The translations under genes were made by a program, and so were the position numbers. A stretch of DNA of 64,000 bases from Planctomycetota bacterium. Its GTDB lineage: Bacteria; Planctomycetota; UBA1135; UBA2386. The notes under the pieces were generated by a model. It ran no database searches. It saw only the letters and a program-made list of their open reading frames with translations, and was not told the DNA's origin. The number at the start of each line of letters is the position of its first letter. Positions within the stretch are counted from its first letter, which is position 1. This document shows positions 58,344-64,000 of the stretch, piece by piece. Location: the NCBI GenBank assembly GCA_046290465.1, contig JBKAGP010000001.1, positions 5,024,001-5,088,000 on the forward strand. Direction: 5' to 3'.

Positions 58344-59384
58344 AGGCATTTCTTACAGTAGCCATCCTGTTGGGGTTGAGCATTGCTGCTTGGCTGGTCG
58401 GTCTTGATGATGTCGCCGACCCGCCTGGTAATGGTGCAGTTGATGCTGGCCGCGTGACACCGGGCGCGGCGGGTGTCAGTGATCGGGGGGGGGCATGCCG
58501 CTACCGTGAACGATGCGGTTCTCGTTGATCAGGTGGATCGCGTCGAGATTAGGGATCAGGCCAAGGAGCGTTCCCTCGATGAAGAGCTCAGGATCAGCGG
58601 CCGCGTTGTTGATCCTCTCGGGTCGGCCCTGGTCAAGATTAGGGTGTTGGCCAGCTGGCGAGAATCGCGCAAGAGCGAGTTTGGGCAAACAGACGACTAC
58701 GGACGTTTTTGCGTAGCTATTCCTCGTGGCGTGACGGAAGTGTGTGTGTATTCACGGCCAAGCCAAGGTCTCGCTGGATTTCAGGTGTTGTTAGACGTGG
58801 ATTCAGGTCAGGAATGCATCGATATGGGAGATTTGGTTGTCGTGCCCGCTGCAAGCATAGAGGTTATCGCGAGCGGTTTGCCGGGGCGCGAGCTAGTGAG
58901 GAATCTTCGCTTTCTAGATATGCTCGCAGATGACGCTGTGGTGCAGACTGCCGAGTGGCACAAAGAAAGTTGGAAGGCGCTAATTGCAGAAGGGAAATAC
59001 CAAATATCTCTTGCGGGCTTGCGGGGGAGGCTTTTCCCTAACGTGGTTACAGCCCGGCGCGGGCAGGGGTTGGTGTTTGCGTGCAGGTTTTTGGACGACA
59101 CAACGTCAAGCATCGTTCCCTTGATAGTAGATGCAAGTCGTATTGAAGGCGACGTCCGAGGTGCCTCGTTGATAGTGAAGGGCAACGATATGAGCGAGCA
59201 TCGATATAGGCTCACTACGGCTCTGCGGCGCGAAGGCAGGTCATGCGTCTTTGTCCGGTTGCCCAACGAGATTTATCCAAGCGACGTTGAGTGGAGGTTG
59301 CAAGGGCGGGGGCGCGAGATTGCACTTCGATGCACGGGCGAGACTGGCAGCGGTGACCTCACCTGGCTCTTGCAGCCGAAGTGA
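58340..59384 (+). pseudogene. Membrane-anchored carboxypeptidase-regulatory-like protein split by a frameshift in a G9 run
   Basis: MKAFLTVAILLGLSIAAWLVG N-terminus and RISGRVVDPLG..QTDDYGRF body are in different frames; removing one G at 58485-58493 joins them. Confidence 0.65.
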
Positions 59385-59980
59385 AGCTAGGGTTGAGACC
59401 TTAGGGGTCTGCGCGATGATCGTGGCGGGTCTCGCAACGGTGAGAGGGGCGAGCTCAGGATGCGCAAAATAATCCGCAGCGTCTCCGCGCGGACAGAATT
59501 GACACCGATCCGCCGTATTGACCGCAATAGCCCATTGTCGCAGAGGCGGATGGTGGCGGCGTCCTCGTCGTCTTGGAGGCCGCTGACGTGCGGCGCGCAG
59601 ATGGAACCGATGCGCGCAGCGGTGTCGAGGGTGGGTGCGATGATGGCCTTGTCGGGCGCGAAAAGGACGTCGAGCCCCTCCGCAGGCCCTGGCGAGTGGT
59701 TCTCCTTGAACGGCTGCGACAGGGGCGCCTCTGCCTTCAGCCTGTGATCTCGCGGCGGAAACCGCTGGCCTTCGAGGACGTCAACGACGCCGGATTGGAG
59801 TTCAGAGGGCTGCGTAGCGAATCTTGGTGATGGGTCGTAGGGGCAGGTCGCGGAGTCGGGCGCCCTGGCATGGTCAGATTGCTGTCGGTGACGTGGATGA
59901 GCGTGTTCGCCTTGTCGTTGCACCGGACAGGGATCTGTAGCGAACTCCGTTGGCCGCAGAGAGCTTCGGTCTCCACCCTA

Positions 59981-60283
59981 TCAGAGCAGCAACCCGATCG
60001 TCGCCGTGACGCCGTTGGCGAGCAGTGACGCCGCGGCTGCACGCGGCCATGCCATGCGCGTCGACGCGCGGTAGACCAGCGTCTCGGCGATCGCGACCAG
60101 CGCTTCGACCAGCAGCCACGGCGCGCCGGCCGACAGCACGGCCCACCACGCGCACGGATGCGTGAGCAGGTTGGCGGCGAACGCATCGCCGCAGGCGCGG
60201 CGACGTCGCCCGCGGGCCGCGACCAGCACCACGATCGGCAACTCGATCGCGACGGTCAGCGCGAACGCGGTCGCCCAGTTCAC
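59981..60283 (-). CDS. Small 4-TM membrane protein
   Basis: GTG start overlapping the upstream stop; LTVAIE, ANLLTHP, E..V...E and LLANGVT polar residues within TM helices. Confidence 0.75.
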   Translation of the reverse strand: MNWATAFALTVAIELPIVVLVAARGRRRRACGDAFAANLLTHPCAWWAVLSAGAPWLLVEALVAIAETLVYRASTRMAWPRAAAASLLANGVTATIGLLL

Positions 60284-61224
60284 GCCGGCCGCACCTCGCG
60301 CACGGCGGCGGGGCCGAGCGCGCACGCGACGAGCAGCATCGGGATCTCGATCCACGCGTGCACGGCCGCGAAGATCGCATAGCCCGAGCGGGCCGACGCG
60401 AAGTCGAACGCGAACGACGCAGCGGCGATCGCGGTGACCAGTGCCACCGCGACCGCGAACGTGCGCGGGCGCGGCCACGGTGCGAGCGCCTGGGTTCGCT
60501 GGTCGCCGCCGCCGAGCCGCGGCAGCACCCCGAGCACGACTGCGTAGTGCATCACCTGCAGGTAGGCGGCCGCCGCGAACAGCCGTTCGCCGAAGGTCGT
60601 GCCGATCCACGGGGACGGTACGAACGCGTGCAGGTGGTGCGACAGTTCGCCGGTGGCGAACGGGCCGTCGACGACCGTCGGCAGGTAGGGGGTCGACACC
60701 AGCACCGTCGGCACGACGAAGAACACGACCGCCGCGGCGAGCAGCGCGCGCCGGCGTGCTCGGCCCTGCAGGCGCTCGGCGAGGAAGCCGACCGGCGTCA
60801 GGTTGTGCAGCAGCGCCAGCGCCACCAGGGTCGGCAGCGGCGCGTAGACGACGCCGGCCAGCAACGAGCCGGCGACGGCGAACGCCAGCAGCGAGCCGAT
60901 CGGGTTGGCGCGCGCGAGCAGCAAGGGCGCGGCGATCGCGACCAGGCCGACGCCGAGTGCGAGTTCGGCGCGCACCAGGGAACCGCCGGCGCCGGCGAAC
61001 GCCAGCGTGCGCAGCGCGGCGACGCCGAGCAGCACCGCGCCCAGCCACAGCAGCGTGCCGCGTGGCAGGCGGCCGGAGAACCGTTGGTCGACGTAGCGGA
61101 GTTCGACGAGCACGTGGGGCAGGCCGAACAGCGCGAGGGTGGTGGCGTAGACCCACAGCGGCGCCTGGGCGGACGCGAGCGCGACCAGCGCGACCGCGAC
61201 GGAGATGGCGCCGACGCGCAGCAT
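60280..61224 (-). CDS. Polytopic membrane protein with four His motifs (putative metalloenzyme)
   Basis: About 9 TM helices; FGLPH, LHNLTP, QVMHY and VHAWIE. Confidence 0.75.
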   Translation of the reverse strand: MLRVGAISVAVALVALASAQAPLWVYATTLALFGLPHVLVELRYVDQRFSGRLPRGTLLWLGAVLLGVAALRTLAFAGAGGSLVRAELALGVGLVAIAAPLLLARANPIGSLLAFAVAGSLLAGVVYAPLPTLVALALLHNLTPVGFLAERLQGRARRRALLAAAVVFFVVPTVLVSTPYLPTVVDGPFATGELSHHLHAFVPSPWIGTTFGERLFAAAAYLQVMHYAVVLGVLPRLGGGDQRTQALAPWPRPRTFAVAVALVTAIAAASFAFDFASARSGYAIFAAVHAWIEIPMLLVACALGPAAVREVRPA

Positions 61225-62009
61225 CAGGCGACCGCCAGCCGGGCGCTGCTCGGGGCGCGCTGGCGAAGGCGCAGCCAGATCAGGCCGGCACCGCCGAGCG
61301 TCAGCAGCAACAGCCACATCTGGTCGCTGGTCTGCTTGTCGTTGCCGGCGGTCGCGATCGGCTTGCCGTCGGCGTCGAGATGCTCGACGACCGTCTCGAG
61401 CGAGTAGCGACCCTTGGCGTCGCGCTTCGCGGTGATCTTCTCGGTGATGCGCCGGGCCTTGCTGCCGTCGGCCACCAGCCCGCGCACCGTCGATCCCTTG
61501 ATCACCTGGACCTTCTCGGCCTTCTCGAGTTCGAGCACCTCCGGCCACTTCTTGGTCTTGGCGACGGTTGCGCGGTTGGCCTCGTCGACGATGACGAACG
61601 CGAACCCGACGTAGCGGCCGTAGACCCGATCGCTCAGCGCGAACGGTTCGCTGCGGTAGACGCCCGGCCAGCGGTTGAGGTAGACGAAGCGGTGCGGCGC
61701 GTTGGCGTCGCGCGGCGGCAGCCAGATGCGTTCGCCGACCTTCAGGCGCCGGGGGTCGGCGTCGGGGTTGAGGGCGGTGATGTCGTGCACGCGGCCGGCA
61801 CTGCCGAGCTTGCTGCGAGCGAGCTTCTCGAACGTGTCGCCCTTCTGGATCACGTACTGCACGCAGCAGTGCTCGTGGAGCAGGCTCAGGTCGTGGGTGC
61901 GGTCGACCGGGACGCTGTGGTGACCCTCCGGGATGATGTCGGGGATCGTGTGGGAGGTGGTCGCTGCGGGTGACGTTCCCAGCAGGCAGAGGAAGATCAG
62001 GCTCAGCAT
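61224..62009 (-). CDS. Exported LysM-domain protein with C-terminal TM anchor
   Basis: Signal peptide; YVIQKGDT..KLA...LG....I..LNP..DPRRLKVGERIWLP LysM; C-terminal WLLLLTLGGAGLIWLRLRQR. Confidence 0.85.
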   Translation of the reverse strand: MLSLIFLCLLGTSPAATTSHTIPDIIPEGHHSVPVDRTHDLSLLHEHCCVQYVIQKGDTFEKLARSKLGSAGRVHDITALNPDADPRRLKVGERIWLPPRDANAPHRFVYLNRWPGVYRSEPFALSDRVYGRYVGFAFVIVDEANRATVAKTKKWPEVLELEKAEKVQVIKGSTVRGLVADGSKARRITEKITAKRDAKGRYSLETVVEHLDADGKPIATAGNDKQTSDQMWLLLLTLGGAGLIWLRLRQRAPSSARLAVA

Positions 62010-62133
62010 CGTTCGGACTCCTTGGCGTCAGCCGGTTCGGCCGCGCACCAACGATACGGCGTTGGAGCGGTTCCTGGGGAATCCGGATCTTGTCGAACGG
62101 TCGCGCGCGGATGCGAGTGGCGGCCTTGCCGGC

Positions 62134-63741
62134 CTACAACTCGCGTCCGCTGATGCCCAGGAAGGGCGCGTTCCTGCCGATCTTGCGCGCTGCTTCGTTC
62201 GCGGTGATGGCCGCCTGGACGAAGGCGCTGCGAGCGGTCCTCCGCTGCTCGTCGGTCGCTGATGAGGTCAGCCCGAGCCATTGCCGCTGCGCATCCAAGG
62301 CGAGCGCCACCGCCGAGTAGTAGCTCTCCTCGTCGGCCTGGCGGGCATCGCGCAGGGCGCGCTGGGACGACTCCAACTCTTCGATCTTGTCCAGCAGTTC
62401 CTTCTCCTTGGCGGTCGTGTAGATCTTCAGCTGGATCAGCTCCGTCGGCAGCGCGATCAGGCGCTCGACGACCTTGAGCGGGAAGTCGGCGGCCGCAGAG
62501 AACGAACTGGGGCGGTGCCAGTCGTGCGCCGTCACGACGCCGTTGCCGAAGGTTAGGTTCTCGGTCACCTTGACGAAGGTGGCGCGTTCGAACGGGATCT
62601 GCGAGATCGGCGCATAGTCGGTCACCAGGACCTGCTGGGTTGCCGCCGTGCTGCCTCGCACGGCGTAGCCGGCAGGCCGGGTCGCGTAGCCTCGCTTGCG
62701 CGCCAGCTTGGCCATCTCCGTTGCCAGGTGCGCGCCGAGGGTCGTCATCTCGGCTGGCACTTGCCGCAACTGGATCACCGCCCGATTCGCATGGACTCGC
62801 GCAGCTTGTTCGGCCGCGAGCGTGTCGAACTCCTTGTCCTTGCTCACCCGTGCTGTCAGAACGCCAGACTTCGCGCGGGCCGTTTCATGCTCGTCAGTGG
62901 TTCGCTCGACGGCTGCCTGGCGCTTGAGGGTCAGCGCCTGCTCGACGTCGGTGAGGTTGAAGTCAGGAGAGATCGGCAGGTTCCAGGTCAGTCTGCTGCG
63001 CGCCACGAACGGCTGCACGCCGCGCACGTAGACCCCGTTGATCGCGTCGGTCGACGGGGCGGCGACCGGCGCGGTGGCGATCGAGGGAGCTGGCGGTGCC
63101 TGGAGTTCGTCGGAACGGGTCAGTTCGACCTCCAGCGTCCAGCCTGGCGCCGGAAAGTCGGCGAACCTCGCCGCGATGACGCCGGAGTCGGGCAGCGCCC
63201 AGAAGCGGCGGTGCGTGCCGATCGCCGGCAGCAACCGGATGCGCAGGGCGTCGTCGAGACGATTCTCAGCCAGCTGGCGGGCCGTCGGGAGCTGCCACGA
63301 TTCGAGGTTGGCGGAGGTCACCTTCTCGGAATCGACACCGCCGGGCACGGGAACGCCCGTGGTGAGCTTGGCGATGCCGATACCGACCTCGAGGACCTTG
63401 CCGAGCCCCTCGAGCGTCTTGTCGTCGGCGGTCATCTGGATCGAGGAAAGCATGCCTTCCTCGGCCACCTTGATGTCGACGTCGTCCTCGGAGAACCACG
63501 AGTCGCGGCGCTGCAGCAGGAACTGCTGCCGCGGATCGGCAACCCGGTGCGGCACGACGGAAAGCGCGACGTCGAAGCCGCCGTCGTCCTCGGCAGGGGT
63601 CACACTGGCGACCAACTCGAGGATCGTCCGGGGCAGCGCGTAGCTGACGCCCTTGGCGTCCTTGGAGGGCTTGACGGTGCAGATCGGGCCGGCGCAAGAC
63701 GCCAGCGCCGCGGCGGTCACAATCGCGAGAGTGGGGCGCAT
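62134..63741 (-). CDS. Hypothetical lipoprotein (DUF4831-like N-terminus)
   Basis: Lipobox LASC; VSYALPRT, ADP and GMLSSI motifs; C-terminal coiled coil. Confidence 0.7.
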   Translation of the reverse strand: MRPTLAIVTAAALASCAGPICTVKPSKDAKGVSYALPRTILELVASVTPAEDDGGFDVALSVVPHRVADPRQQFLLQRRDSWFSEDDVDIKVAEEGMLSSIQMTADDKTLEGLGKVLEVGIGIAKLTTGVPVPGGVDSEKVTSANLESWQLPTARQLAENRLDDALRIRLLPAIGTHRRFWALPDSGVIAARFADFPAPGWTLEVELTRSDELQAPPAPSIATAPVAAPSTDAINGVYVRGVQPFVARSRLTWNLPISPDFNLTDVEQALTLKRQAAVERTTDEHETARAKSGVLTARVSKDKEFDTLAAEQAARVHANRAVIQLRQVPAEMTTLGAHLATEMAKLARKRGYATRPAGYAVRGSTAATQQVLVTDYAPISQIPFERATFVKVTENLTFGNGVVTAHDWHRPSSFSAAADFPLKVVERLIALPTELIQLKIYTTAKEKELLDKIEELESSQRALRDARQADEESYYSAVALALDAQRQWLGLTSSATDEQRRTARSAFVQAAITANEAARKIGRNAPFLGISGREL

Positions 63742-63882
63742 GGGGTGGTCTCCTTCCGAAACGAGGGCGCGGGCTGCGAGAGTCCTGCCCCGTCCATGGC
63801 GACGGTAGCGGGCGAGCCTCGCGGGGCCAATGCCGCTTTCGGGTCTACGCTCGGGGGGGGCTCTGGGCTTATGGTGGGCGGC

Positions 63883-64000
63883 GTGACCGAGACGTTTGCA
63901 CCCATCCCCGAACTGCTGGAAGAGCTGCAGGCCGGCCGCCCGATCGTGCTGGTCGACGACCCCGACCGCGAGAACGAAGGCGACCTGTGCTTCGCCGCCG
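63883..64000 (+). CDS. ribB: 3,4-dihydroxy-2-butanone-4-phosphate synthase (RibB/RibBA), partial
   Basis: FAPIPELLEELQAGRPIVLVDDPDRENEGDL; runs off the window; the start could be ATG 63871. Confidence 0.92.
   Translation, partial: MTETFAPIPELLEELQAGRPIVLVDDPDRENEGDLCFAA

Noticed and set aside
59387..59923. ORFs on either strand at 59.4-59.9 kb
   Set aside because: No recognisable motifs or clear start; possibly a remnant, but not supportable
63745..63870. FMN riboswitch upstream of ribB
   Set aside because: Only scattered resemblance (AGGGC, GGTA); the conserved GUGAAAUUCC and AGUCCGGAUG blocks are absent

Overview
High-GC bacterial DNA, most likely Planctomycetota (DUF1549/DUF1553 and DUF1501 genes, an ECF sigma factor next to a Ser/Thr kinase, a sulfatase, many secreted beta-propeller proteins). 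About 50 real genes were identified by motif reading only; no searches were run, and most long ORFs in the supplied track are antisense or alternative-frame shadows. The backbone encodes housekeeping and envelope functions: Dus, two glycosyltransferases, ProDH, PduO, GroES, class II photolyase, BlaI/BlaR1, S9 peptidase, SppA, Udk, HinT and the start of ribB. The main accessory region (about 31.4-36.4 kb) surrounds a tRNA-Arg(CCT). It holds a decayed tyrosine integrase, RES-like and HEPN-like genes, gene remnants, and an intact coupled pair of an SF2 helicase and a small PARP-like Zn-finger protein, the best candidate for an undescribed anti-phage system. Other notable signals: an 83-bp CTAG-bounded element at three loci, each abutting a TAG stop codon; a ~200-nt structured RNA with its own promoter and terminator upstream of pduO; a ~120-aa domain shared by several secreted proteins; signal peptides that almost all expose Gln; a LysM/membrane-enzyme operon; and a lower-GC insert that truncates a CHRD gene.
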